Part shown: in pieces, positions 9,797 to 21,116 of the stretch | How the letters are laid out: the number at the start of each line of letters is the position of its first letter | How positions within the stretch are numbered: position 1 is the first letter of the stretch | Assembly: GCF_006345805.1 (NCBI RefSeq) | Contig: NC_042997.1 | Coordinates: 79,546,001 to 79,610,000 of the forward strand | From: Octopus sinensis | Lineage: Eukaryota | Direction: 5' to 3' | Length of the DNA: 64,000 bases | Program-made: the position numbers and the translations under genes | The notes under the pieces: generated by a model | The model's input: only the letters and a program-made list of their open reading frames with translations | Database searches by the model: none | What the model was told of the DNA's origin: nothing

Positions 9797-10110
9797 CAAC
9801 ATGGAGGAAAGCACCTTCGAAAAGTGTCTTGGTGCGACTATGAAAGTTATCTAATCAGAGGCGGTAAACTCGCCACAATAGAAGCAAGGTTCGAGTCAAC
9901 GGAGCGTGCAAAGGAGTACTCGACTCGAACTTGCAAAGTGGAAATATTCTATTTTTACCTTTATATCTGGGACGTAGGACGTCCCGGAAAAAATTTAAAA
10001 TGCCCCCCCCCCCCCGAAGTAGAGGTAGGTTGGATTGTAGCCACACTTCTATACAAGAGGGAGGACAAGATACAATTGATCGAAATTACAAGAGACGGGC
10101 TAACAATTCC
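9797..10110 (+). pseudogene. 3' part of the fourth Tx1-like ORF1 (element D-right), frameshifted and truncated before the CCHC
   Basis: Read across frames: NMEESTFEKCLGATMK / SYLIRGGKLATIEARFESTERAKEYS / QSGNILFLPLYLGRRTS / PPEVEVGWIVATLL. This is collinear with ORF1 of B and C. Confidence 0.8.
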
Positions 10111-10561
10111 AGTCTGTTATATATTTTGAGTATTGTTATCACTAGCGATATCAAGATATAACTTTGTATTTTGTATTTTATGTGTAGATGTATATACATA
10201 GATGTACATGTAATATGTACACATATATATACACATATATACATGCACTAGCACTATGACCCGGCAACGACGGGTCTTTAATGCTAGTATTATAATAACT
10301 ATACATACATGGGTACTTACAACATGGATACTTACAAAATGTGTGTGAGCGTATATATGTATGTATGTATAATATTTTAAGGCTCCATTACTCAAATTCC
10401 ATTCACAAAGCTTCAAAACTGTATTTATAGAAAATTAAATTGCATAAATATTACAAGCCGACCGTATTCTCATTCCCTATCAATAACCTACACTTGCATA
10501 TGCGGGAGTGGATCAGTTAGTGCATTTATGCATAATTTTTTCCGTTATTCCATTTTTAATA

Positions 10562-10781
10562 CGAGAAGGTGCTGAAAAGTTCCTGGCTTTAAGAGTATCA
10601 CGAAAGGCCTGGTTGGAGGCCCAAACTTCCGAGTCCTTTTACAACAGAGCTTAGAAAAACTGAAGAACCGATGCAATGAATGTGTGAATCTGAGAGAGGA
10701 ATGTATTGAATAATATCATAATTAACTGATCCTCTTGTATTTCCTTTTTCCTTAAGCCAAGAACTTTTCAGCACCCCTTCA
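10562..10781 (+). mobile_element. Mariner-derived MITE
   Basis: TIRs CGAGAAGGTGCTGAAAAGTTCCTGGCT / AGCCAAGAACTTTTCAGCACCCCTTCA with TA on both sides. The interior retains a transposase C-terminus relic (LEKLKNRCNECVNLRG). Confidence 0.8.
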
Positions 10782-11494
10782 TATATCTCACTTTGTGAAT
10801 TCATCTCCGAACAAATTGCTTTCATTCTCCATTTTAAATGGTTTTAAATACATCTGTGGTAATTCCATATTGGTGCGTATCGCTGATGACGTTTGAATTT
10901 TTTTTTTGTCATTTTGCTTTGGTTTTTATTTTGTTACTATTTTAACCGACTTCATTCACATTACAGATGCTTCAATCTCGATATTCTGAAAAGCCCGAGA
11001 AAAAAATTATGAATATCCCGTAAATATAAGTTTATACCTTCCTACTCCACATTCAAGAAAGACCGTTTCACACTTCACAGGTTGTGTATTGAGTAATTTC
11101 TATTCGTCAATAAGTCGTCTATTGAATAATTTCTATTCGTACATAGAGGGTTATTTACTTGCGCATTTATGGTACTCCTTGAAGTTTGTGGTACTTCTCT
11201 TAGCAAGTATGTAATATATTTATAGCAGTTTTATACTTTTATAAAATCAACCAGTTATGCCACGGGCAAAATATTTTGTATTTTACACTATTAAAAAATA
11301 AAAATTACTGAGATACTCTTTGAGCAGGTCACGACGAAGATCATACTCAATAAAGGAACTGATTTATAATCATCACCATTCAAAACTATCATTTTTTAGT
11401 TTCATGCGGTCGGTAAAAAATATATTTTCTCGATTTTTCGAGACATTTTAAAAAAATTGAATATTGCTACAAGTTAAATTTAAAATAAAATATA

Positions 11495-12269
11495 GGATCG
11501 TTACCTTTTGACCGACAAATTTAAAAAATAATTTTTTGTAACTAAACACTTTCAAACTGCGAACACTGGTAGAATGTGTCATACAAAACATGTTTTACTC
11601 GCAGAATTTTTGAGAAAAACTTATATTTACGAAGTTATTTCACGTTTATGTTCTCGTATTTCGGTAATTTCAACCAATGACGTGTATTCAGTTGAATAAA
11701 ATTACTGCCGTTGTTTGTCAACAACAACTATCGGTGGTGTATTTTTCGTTTGTCACTGTTATTTATGACATCGTTCGTGCGTTTGTACTGGTTTTAAGGT
11801 TTGGGGTTAGGGTTAGGGTTAGGGTTTTAGGGTTAGGGTTAGGGGTAGGGTTTTAGGTTTTAGGGTTAGGGTGTTAGGGTTAGGGTTTTAGGTTTTAGGG
11901 TTAGGGTGTTAGGGTTAGGGTTTTAGGGTTAGGGTTAGGGTTATAAGGTCAGGGTTAGGGTTTTAGGGTAAGGGTTAGGGTTAGGGTTTTAGGGTTAGGG
12001 TTGTCATAAATAACAGTGACAAACGAAAAATACACCGCCAGAAGTTCTTGTTGACAAACAACGGCAGTAATTTTATTCAGCTGAATACACGTTGAAATTA
12101 CCGAAATTTTACAACTTTAACGTGGAATAACTTCGTAAATATGTTTTTCTCAAAAATGCTAAGAGTAAAACATGTTTTATATGACACATTCTACCAGTGT
12201 CCGAAGTTTGAAAGTGTTTAGTTACAAGAAATTATTTTTTTAAATCTATAGGTCAAAAGGTAAAGATCC
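11495..12269. mobile_element. Foldback/MITE-like element with ~270-bp inverted arms around a telomeric-repeat core
   Basis: Arm 11495-11770 (GGATCGTTACCTTTTGACC...TTATGACA) is the imperfect reverse complement of 12002-12269 (TGTCATAA...GGTCAAAAGGTAAAGATCC). Confidence 0.85.
11795..12002 (+). repeat. Interstitial telomeric repeat (TTAGGG)n with TTTTAGGG variants
   Basis: About 200 bp of GGGTTA units read directly. Confidence 0.95.
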
Positions 12270-12454
12270 AAAATATATTCTAATTAGTTTGTATAAACAA
12301 TGACTTATGGTTTCAGTAGCTTACTAAACTTTCATGAATAAAAATCATGTTTATTACTTTTAGTTTTGTATTTACATATTATATGTATACATTCTTTACC
12401 TTCAATTACTATAGTTAAGATACGCTATCAATTCAATTAAATACAAAACAGGTT

Positions 12455-12715
12455 GTGCGGTAAGTTTGCTTCCCAACCATATAAAGAAGCCTGTCGTGTG
12501 TGTGTGTTTGTGTGTGTTTCTTTCCCACCACCACTTTACAACCGGTGTTCGCATGTTTTCGTTCCCGAAACTTAGCGGTTTGACAAAAGTATCTGACAGA
12601 ATAAATACGAGGTTTTAAAAAATTAGTCCTAGGGTCGATTCGTTCGACTAAAATTCCTCAAGGCGATGTCCCAGTATGGCCGCGGTCTAATGACAAAAAC
12701 GAGTAAAAGGTAAAA
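12455..12715 (+). mobile_element. tRNA-derived SINE family 1, deleted copy
   Basis: Matches head (GTTGTGCGGTAAG..TTCCCAACCAT) and tail (AACTTAGCGGTTTGACAAAAG, TAGGGTCGATT) of the copy at 25283-25670. Confidence 0.6.
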
Positions 12716-13074
12716 CATAATAGATAAATAATGTCATTAATTGTGAATTTCTGAATAATACATTCTAATCCAATGAATATTTTTGATATAATTTAAATTC
12801 AAGACAACCTTGTTTGTTCACTCACCAAAAATTTACGATGAGTATATAATGCTAACGAGTCGCCCTGTATTCTTTCATTAAATTTTGCGCAGTAAAGCTT
12901 CACGTCACGTCTGATATTTTGTCGAAAGAAGTCCCTCTAAGTTGCTTCATGTGTTATACTTTTCTAGTTTATCTGAGACCATGCAGCGAAACTTGAAATT
13001 AAATTGGAAATTAAAACAAGTTAGATAAAATCCAATAGTATGAGGCAAATATTGGTTTCAAGTTTTGGCACAAG

Positions 13075-13250
13075 GCAAGCAGTTTCGTGGTACGGGGTAA
13101 ATTGATTACATCGACCCCATTTATCAACTGGTACTTATTTTATGAAAGGCAAAGTCGACCTCGGCGGAATTTGAGCTCAGAACATAAGACGGATGAAATG
13201 CCGCTAAGCATTTTGCCCGGAGTGCTAACGATTCTGCCAGCTCGCCGCCT
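13075..13250 (-). mobile_element. tRNA-derived SINE family 2 (Nin/Deu-like core)
   Basis: Reverse complement of GGCGGCGAGCTGGCAGAATCGTTAGCAC...GAGGTCGACTTTGCCTTTCAT...AAGTACCAG; the same motif recurs at 30.3, 30.6, 36.7, 38.6, 45.4, 48.2 and 61.4 kb. Confidence 0.75.
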
Positions 13251-15029
13251 TTATGAAGGTAAATATTTTAGTAAAAAATAGGTTAATCTGAAATCATTCG
13301 GAGGGAAGGAGCCGATTTAGCTTTTCTACACAATTACGTGGTATTTAAATCAAATTATGAAACATTGTGTTACTATTTTAATATGGCGGAATTTTTCGAC
13401 ACAGTTATTATTAAATTTTGGATTTGTGGAAATGTACAATCCAAAGTCTATTCTTTTGCAGGAAAAAATTGTAATAACCAGCAAATAATAATCTTAATGC
13501 TCGAATATGAAATAAACAAAATTCACTTGCGCCCTCTCGTTTTGAACTTTTAACGACCCCCCCCCCATCCCACTGATTTGAAAAGCTTGTAAACAAATTC
13601 GGAATAATGTAAATTTCATGCAAAACGTTTTAGGTATAGAATTCGCTTCACTAACGTGCACGGCAATTTCAATTATAAAACTTGCGATAAAAATAAAGGA
13701 GATTTGAGCTACGGCCGTAAATATTTGTTAGATACAGTGAGAATCTGTTTTCGCGCATATTCTAATGAATTATATGACAGGAATCATAATCTGTATCAGT
13801 GGCGACTCCGACACTCGGAGTATAAATTTAGTAAAGTGAACATGCATTTGCAAGTTGATTTAATTTCTGCAAGCAGTGACTTCAAACATGTAATTGCAGC
13901 CAATAACTCAGGCTCCTTTTATTGAGCCTTGGTCGCAGTTCATTTATTTTCGTTCAGCGTCATTCATAGCAGACGTTCTCGCGACATCGTTCACACACAC
14001 CTCACTCGGACTCAGAAGTTACAGCCTGAGTTGTTATCTGTAATTGTAAAAATCAAAAGTAATCCAAATTCAATGTTTTATTAAAGCCATAAATTTCTCT
14101 AGAGATTAGGATTTAAATTCCAATCTATGAAAGGTTTCCATCCTACAATATTTTTAAGGGAACGAAAAATTATCCAGCAACTCGGGCTTATACGAACGAG
14201 CCTGGTAGGTGTAAAAGACTAACTGGCATCTCTTGTCAAGAGTACGGGCGACAGTCAGATCACCGGTGTTTGTTGTGCACTCCGCTGTAGTTATTTCATT
14301 GCTGTTGTTCTGTGCGTCTGTGTAAAGATCAGTTGTGTTTTGCAGGGTTGCTTTATTTTCCCCTTAGCTTAGAAATGGAGAAAGACATATTAAAACTATA
14401 TTTCTGTTTCATTGTTAAATTATCAGTGCACATATAAGTCTGCGGTGCGCATTATCACTCTTACCTTCTTTTATATATGTGTCTTATGCGAAATCTGTGG
14501 TGAGCTCGAGTGACGCTGATGACCTGGAGTCGCCTCTGATATATATGTGTACATATATGAATATATATCATGTATATACATACATATGTATGTATACACA
14601 CACACATACACATTAAAGGAAAACAAAACTATGGAAGGACGAGCATCTCAGGTCAGTGAATTCTTTTATATACTGTAAATTCCCTGTCTGGAACTTTCTT
14701 GCATATACACCTTGTCTCTGATGACGGAATACCCAGTGTATGGATATATTGATCCATCATCTGTGATATCCCAGAAACAGCTGTGAAGCATTAATTGTTT
14801 TTACTTCTCCATTTTTGATTCACCTTACTCTAATTAAATATTCTGAATGACCTGAGATACTCATCCTGCCTTGGTTTTGTTTTCCATTTCTTCTAAAATA
14901 TACCAGCTGACTTGGAAGCCTACAACGGATCCCTAGCTCCAGCCTCAGCTGTGAGCTTGGAACCTAAATGATGACCAGTTGTGGCATTTACGCAGTGTAC
15001 CTATTGGTTCAGATCATCAGTGATATATA

Positions 15030-16226
15030 TAGGGTGTCCCCCCAAAAATGTATATACACTTTAAATAATTGTAAAGTAGGTGTTTATTGAAATACATTTG
15101 ATTTTCAAATTTTAATAGACTCTACATATATTATTTTATTGTTTTGTAAACGCCTTTTTTCTAACTGACGTTCGTTCTGGTCCAGTGGTCAAGACACAGC
15201 TGACAATGTGAAGCAATGGAATCGCAAACATCACGAAGCAATTTGTTTGCTATTTGTGTGCATTCTTGTTCAATGGCGTCTCTCAAATCAGCGACTGTTG
15301 CAGGTTTCATAGCATAGACTTTCTTTTAGGTATCCCCATAAAAACAGTCTAGTGGTGTGAGGTCTGATGAACGCGGAGGGTATTCAACGAAATCCCTTCG
15401 TCCAATCCACTTGTTTGACAAGATCTCATCAAGGAAACGCGATGGTAGTGTGGGGGTGCCCCATCTTGCTGATAATAACTCCTCATCTTCAGGGTCTTCT
15501 CTAATGCTTGGCATGACAGACTGTTGCAGCAAGTTCAAGTAAACGGGACTAGTTACAATAGCATCAATAAAGAATGGCCCAATTAATCCTCTTGATGATA
15601 AGTCACACCACACTAAATTCTGGTAAATTAACATGGTGCTCCACCTAACACGCGGATTCTTAGGTCCCCAGTAGATGCAATTGTGATGGTTAATTGAACC
15701 AAGTTCCATCTGTAGTAAATCCTTCGCTCGATTTGATCATTTAATTAAAATACTGCACTCTTGGGTCTGAATCATCGTCATTAATAGTATTGACTAATCT
15801 TGGAACGTAACTTTTCCATTGAAAACGCTTCAAAATGCGCTGGACCGACGATTTTGAAATAACTACCTCACGACTCGCTTGCCGCACAGATTTTCTTGGA
15901 CTTTGGTGATACGTTTCCAGCACCCCTTCTTGCTTTGTTGGGGTTGTCGATATTCATGGTCTTGTGGACATTCTGAACAGTTCTATCGGGTTCAAACTTA
16001 TCTCTAATTCGAGTGATGGTGGATCTGTTTGAATCTACCTTCTAAACTGTCATTGCACTTCAACTGCGATTTCACACTTCCAGTAGCATTTTAGAATGAA
16101 TTTCATGTGTTCAAAGCTTAGTCTGACTGCCATCATTAATTCTAATGGATTTAATCTGGAAAGTAAAAACATCAATTGAGTTATCAGCTACTAAAATGTG
16201 TATATATTTTTGGGAGGGACACCTTG
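15030..16226 (-). mobile_element. Degenerate Tc1/mariner-superfamily transposon (rosa/maT-like)
   Basis: TIRs AGGGTGTCCC..CCAAAAA / TTTTTGGGAGGGACACCTTG. Minus-strand relics [18 protein letters not shown] and [18 protein letters not shown] (cf. WPPRSPDLTPLD). Confidence 0.85.
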
Positions 16227-16227
16227 T

Positions 16228-16283
<56 letters not shown>

Positions 16284-16334
16284 ACACACACACACATAAT
16301 ACATACATATATACATATATACATACATACAAGC

Positions 16335-18930
16335 TCTTTCATGAGAAGACATACTCCTTCTGGAGTAAAAATCTGGAGTGAAGAGAAGGAGTTTAACCAA
16401 GATGCTCTGTAGCTGGAAGAAATCCGAAGAAGTTATTCCTCCTTCGTTACATCCAAGTCATACAACATTGATGTGAAATTCTTGCAACTGTGATCCAGAA
16501 ACTCCAGAATGGAAAAGAACCTGGAAGAGACTTGATTATTGGATATTCTACCGACCATATCTTATCAATCTGTACCAGCAAGCTCTCATTGGGAACAGTA
16601 GCATACCACACTGGTTAGCTCTGGCAGAGACAAAATTGATCCCCAAATGCCAAACCACCGACATGGCAAAAAACTACCGGCCAGCTGTATGCCAGAACTT
16701 AATGTATAAGATATATACAGCATCTTTAAACCTCTTCCTCCAGGACCAGGAACAAGCAGCTGGGAAGAAGGGAGTCTGGGAATATGCCGAGCAATTGTTA
16801 ATCAACAAAATTGTGACGTCAGAGTTGCGAGAGCATAGGAGAAACCTAGTTTCAATGTGGCTAGACAACAAGAAAGCTTTTGACTCTGTTCCCCACTAAT
16901 GGATGCCAGAAGCCCTTCAACTTGATAAAGTTCCAGTGAGAATAGTCAAAGCCATAGCTGACCTGATTTCATCGTCGGCTACCATCTTGAAATTAAACAC
17001 AAAGAGTGACTGTATTATAACCGATAGAATACAGTATCGCAAAGGCATACTCCACGGAGACAGCCTCTTTGTGATGTTTATACGTTCTGTAAACCCCTTG
17101 TCATTCATGTTAAGGAAGTCTGAAAAATATCTCACTGGTTCACAAGGAAACAGAAATACCAAAATTACACAGTTTCTTTGTGGATGACTTGAAACTTATG
17201 CAAAGAATATGCATGAGATGAAAAAGAGTTTTGGCCTAGTTACAACATTCTCAAAAGATGTAGGGTTGGGGCTTGGTCAGGATAAATGTTATCATATGGT
17301 TGTGAAAAGGGGGGGGACTATAAACCAGACTGGTAACATCTCCATCAATGATTTGACTGTTTCCCCTGTGTCTGACGAGGACTGTTACAGGTATCTAGAG
17401 GTGGATGAAAATATCTTACAATGGCACCGGTAACAAAACACGTGTCACTAAAGAATATTACAGCCGAACACAGAAAATTTGTATCTCAGAACTGTTTGCA
17501 TTCAATAAAACAGTAGCCAACCATGTTTTTGCAGTGCCAGCATTTGGGCTGCTTGATTGGACTCTTGATGTGATCCGAGCCATTGATATGAAAACCCGAA
17601 AAATACTAATAAGCACACATAATTTCCACATGAACAGTGACGTAGACCGCCCTTACCTAAAACGAAAACAAGGCAGCAGAGGCTTAACATCGATCCAATA
17701 TGCCTTTGAATGTTATATCAAATCCCTTCGGCAAGATTTTTTAACCACCAAGTGTCGAAGTGCATCCCTTGACCAAGTTTGCATACATGAGGCTGATAAC
17801 ATCAAAAGACTTGGAAGGCTGCTCCTTGAGCAACATTCTTTGTCTAATAACCTAGAAAACGTGCCCAAAGAAGTCGTATGACTCTACCGCAACATCAGAT
17901 GATAGGATGAGCCTATATGCGCAGAAGACTATGCATAGTTATGTTAGTTGAAAGCTCCGAGATGATAGTAACATCGATCATGAAAGCAGTTTACCATGGA
18001 CCAATAACCGGATTACTACCTCCCACTTTGAAGGGTATGCGTTTGTAATCCAGGATCAGGAAATATCCACCAAGTACCTGATGCATAAAAGAAATAGTAA
18101 TGCAGGAAAGCAGTAAAATTTGACAACCGATGCAGACTTTGTGGAGTTAACACCGAAGATATCACCCATATTATAAGCAGCTGACAGAAAATATCATCAC
18201 GGTATTATCTACCGATGAGTCATGACGTTGTAGCTAGGACACTCTATAATGAAGGATAACCCGGAAGATAAAGAAATAAGAGCCCACAGTATGGTAGAAG
18301 CCATAGCCATTCATAATAAAAAGGAGTACATCCGACTTGATAAAATGATTTGGAACAGAAAAGAGAAACTGTGCACTGTTGTGGAAATTAGCTGTCCAGC
18401 GGATGTTAACATAAAGCTGTGAGAAATCCGCAGTTACTCCATCCAGATTACAAGTTCAAGTTTATATCTGTATTGTGGGGGCTCTGGGATATGCAACACA
18501 CTGCCTAAATACCAATCTTGAGAAATCAAGCTTCTCAAAACCAGAAAGGAGAAAGCTAATTCGAAGACTACAAATCCAGTTCATCACTGAAACTGTAATA
18601 ATCAGTAAAACTTTCCAGAAGTTTATAATTTAATTATGAGCATGTTTACATATGCAACTATATGCATGAGAATACATACATAAAGCAAAGTATACAAATC
18701 TGTTCATATACATACATACATACATACATACATACATACATACATACATACATACATACATACATACATACATACATACATACATACATACATACAAAAA
18801 TACCCCGTTGTTGATGCTGAAATTCCAATGAAGGAGCCTTGAATCTAGGTTAGAAACCGGCTCGTTCTCTATTCGCAAGAAATCTTGAATTAAAACTGAA
18901 CAATGACATACACATTGACACATATGTTAG
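16335..18930 (+). mobile_element. 5'-truncated degenerate R4/Dong-like LINE (RT + CCHC + restriction-like endonuclease)
   Basis: Motifs YRPAVC, WLDNKKAFDSVPH, RKGILHGDSL and SDVDRPYLKRKQGSRGL. At ~18130: CRLCGVNTEDITHIISS. At ~18360: WNRKEKLCTVVEISCP. (CATA)n on both sides. Confidence 0.85.
18708..18795. repeat. (CATA)n microsatellite (representative of many)
   Basis: Read directly. Other tracts: (CA)n ~16228-16297, (GATA)n ~19574-19646, (TATC)n ~33268-33362 and ~36560-36672, (TAA)n ~34105-34195, (CTTT)n ~39701-39765, (TTA)n ~42468-42552. Confidence 0.95.
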
Positions 18931-19333
18931 CATAAAGCTAAGGTTAGTGGTTTTCCAAACCTTAACTTTGAAGATATTTGACATCTTCTTTATACTCACT
19001 CAAATTTGACTATATTATTTTACGTGTATTTAGGGTAAGACAGAATTTTCTTTGATACCCATATATGTGATAAGGAACTGGCGTTTAGTTATTGATTGAT
19101 GTTGTTCGGATCTTTCTTTCATGTAGTTTTCTCCATTTCTGAACAGCTCTTAGCTTATTTTGTCATCTATTTCTCTAATTGTGCATGTGAAAAAACAAGT
19201 CCTTTTGAGTCCCTTAATTTGCTCTGTATCAGATTCAGAATTTTTATACTTGAAGAATTTTATGCTCGTTTTTATTCAATTACAAATCAGAGATTTGGCT
19301 AAAAGATACACATACATACATACACATGAACGC

Positions 19334-19399
<66 letters not shown>

Positions 19400-19571
19400 C
19401 ATGAATTGAAATGCTACTGATGAAGCTCAATGACGCAGAAATGCGCATTTAGCGTTCTGCTACAGATATTATGTGTTATTCACAGCCCCTTTATAAGAGA
19501 TATTATTTCCGGTTGAATACCATAGTTAACTTGACTTTACGTCATACACACACATACACACACACACACAC

Positions 19572-19647
<76 letters not shown>

Positions 19648-20820
19648 GAAAAATTGAAAATGGAGACAAACACTCAAGATGTTATTAAATCATTTATGTC
19701 TATATATCATCGACATATGTTTTCGATGGATGCATTCAAAAAACATCTGACAGGATAAATAATGTTGAGCAATGCATCAATCTTATTAGGGAAGATATAA
19801 ACAACAGTGTTCATCAATAGACATTTTAACATATAAAAAACTCCGACATATGTGATGCCTATATATATATATAGAGGGAGTGTTTGTCCAGGATAGGACT
19901 ACACAGCCACAGCAGGAAATGTATCAGGACATGAAATGTAAAAGCCGGACTGGACTATTTTATGCGCAACTCCATTGTCTCCCGAGACAAAAAGGATGCC
20001 AACCAATATATATATATATATATATATATACCTATATATATATATACACGTGTTCAGTCACACACTCCTACATACATAAGCATACATACACATACCAACG
20101 CACAAGTACATACACACATCCATAAACATGTATATACATACTCATGCATACATACATACACATACTCACACATACATAAGCACATTCATACATACATAAA
20201 TGTACATGCATATACATTCAGGAACACCTACAAACATACACGTATATACATATATGGAAAGCGAAGTTGTGAAGGGAACGCTAAAAATTGGAAAATGTCG
20301 TTGAGGAAACAGACACCATAGGGCGAGAGAAGAAGAAAAGGATCAGAGGAAGAAAGAGGGAGTGAAAGAACAAAATTAAAGAAGAAAGGGAGGAACGAGC
20401 AAGAAGAGAATAGAAGACAGATAGAAAATAAAAGATGAAGGGAAGAATATGGGTTATGGGAAGTAAGAATAAAGAATAACGATAAGTTGCAGAAATTGTT
20501 ATTAGGTGAGGGGTAGATATTATTTGAAAAAGAAAGCGGAAGAGTGTTTTCTCCAATATAAACACCTGTAAGCTCGTTCATTAAATGTGTTTACCAGTTT
20601 ATGTTTAGAAAAGAAGATAGATAGTTGCTCGTCTGTACAAAGAGGACAAAAGGATTTCCTTTTATCATAGGGGAATGATCTGGATAAAATTTTCCAATCT
20701 AAAGAAAAAGTTTGTTGGAGTCTTTAAGGTGCCAAATTATGTATGTATGTATGTATGTATGTATGTATGTATGTATGTATGTATGTATGTATGTATGTAT
20801 GTGTATACATATATATGTGT

Positions 20821-21095
20821 GGAGGCACATGGCCTAGTGGTTAGAGCAGCGGACTCGCGATCGAGGGATCGGGGGTTCGAATTCAGACCGGGCGATGTGT
20901 ATGTTTATGAACAAAACACCTAAGCTCCACGAGGCTCCAGCAGAAGGTAATGGCGAACTTCTGCTGACTCTTTCCTCCTGCATCTAGCTGCTCACCTGCG
21001 ATGGCCCGGTGTCCCATCCGGGTGGGGAACCTATACGCCAATGAAACCGGGAAACCGGCCCTTATGAGCCAGGCATGGCTTGAGAAGGAACAAAA
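20821..21095 (+). mobile_element. tRNA-headed SINE family 3 (L2/V-SINE-like tail)
   Basis: A-box TGGCCTAGTGG, B-box-like GGTTCGAATTC; tail CCTGCGATGGCCCGGTGTCCCATCC. Confidence 0.75.
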
Positions 21096-21116
21096 CAAAA
21101 ATACATATATATGTAG

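Larger units (their letters stand above)
249..10287 (+). mobile_element. Putative non-autonomous Helitron enclosing the Tx1 array
   Basis: 5' end: A|TC followed by TTTATATATATATATAAAACTGAG, a (TGTC)n stretch and a 144-bp tandem duplication. 3' end: GC hairpin GACCCG-gcaacga-CGGGTC (10258-10276), then CTAG|T (10284-10287). Both termini are on the + strand, but their linkage is inferred. Confidence 0.45.

Noticed and set aside
11795-12002. Ancestral telomere-telomere fusion site
   Set aside because: All repeats are on one strand, and the inverted symmetry is in the flanking non-telomeric arms.
14200-14540. Solo LTR
   Set aside because: No clear TG...CA termini, TSD or second copy in the window.
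18830-18870. Hammerhead in the R4-like 3'UTR (CCAATGA...GAAACCGG)
   Set aside because: Two core substitutions and no valid UH triplet or stem I.
20821-20900. Functional tRNA gene
   Set aside because: A and B boxes are present, but there is no acceptor-stem 3' strand and the sequence continues into a SINE body and tail.
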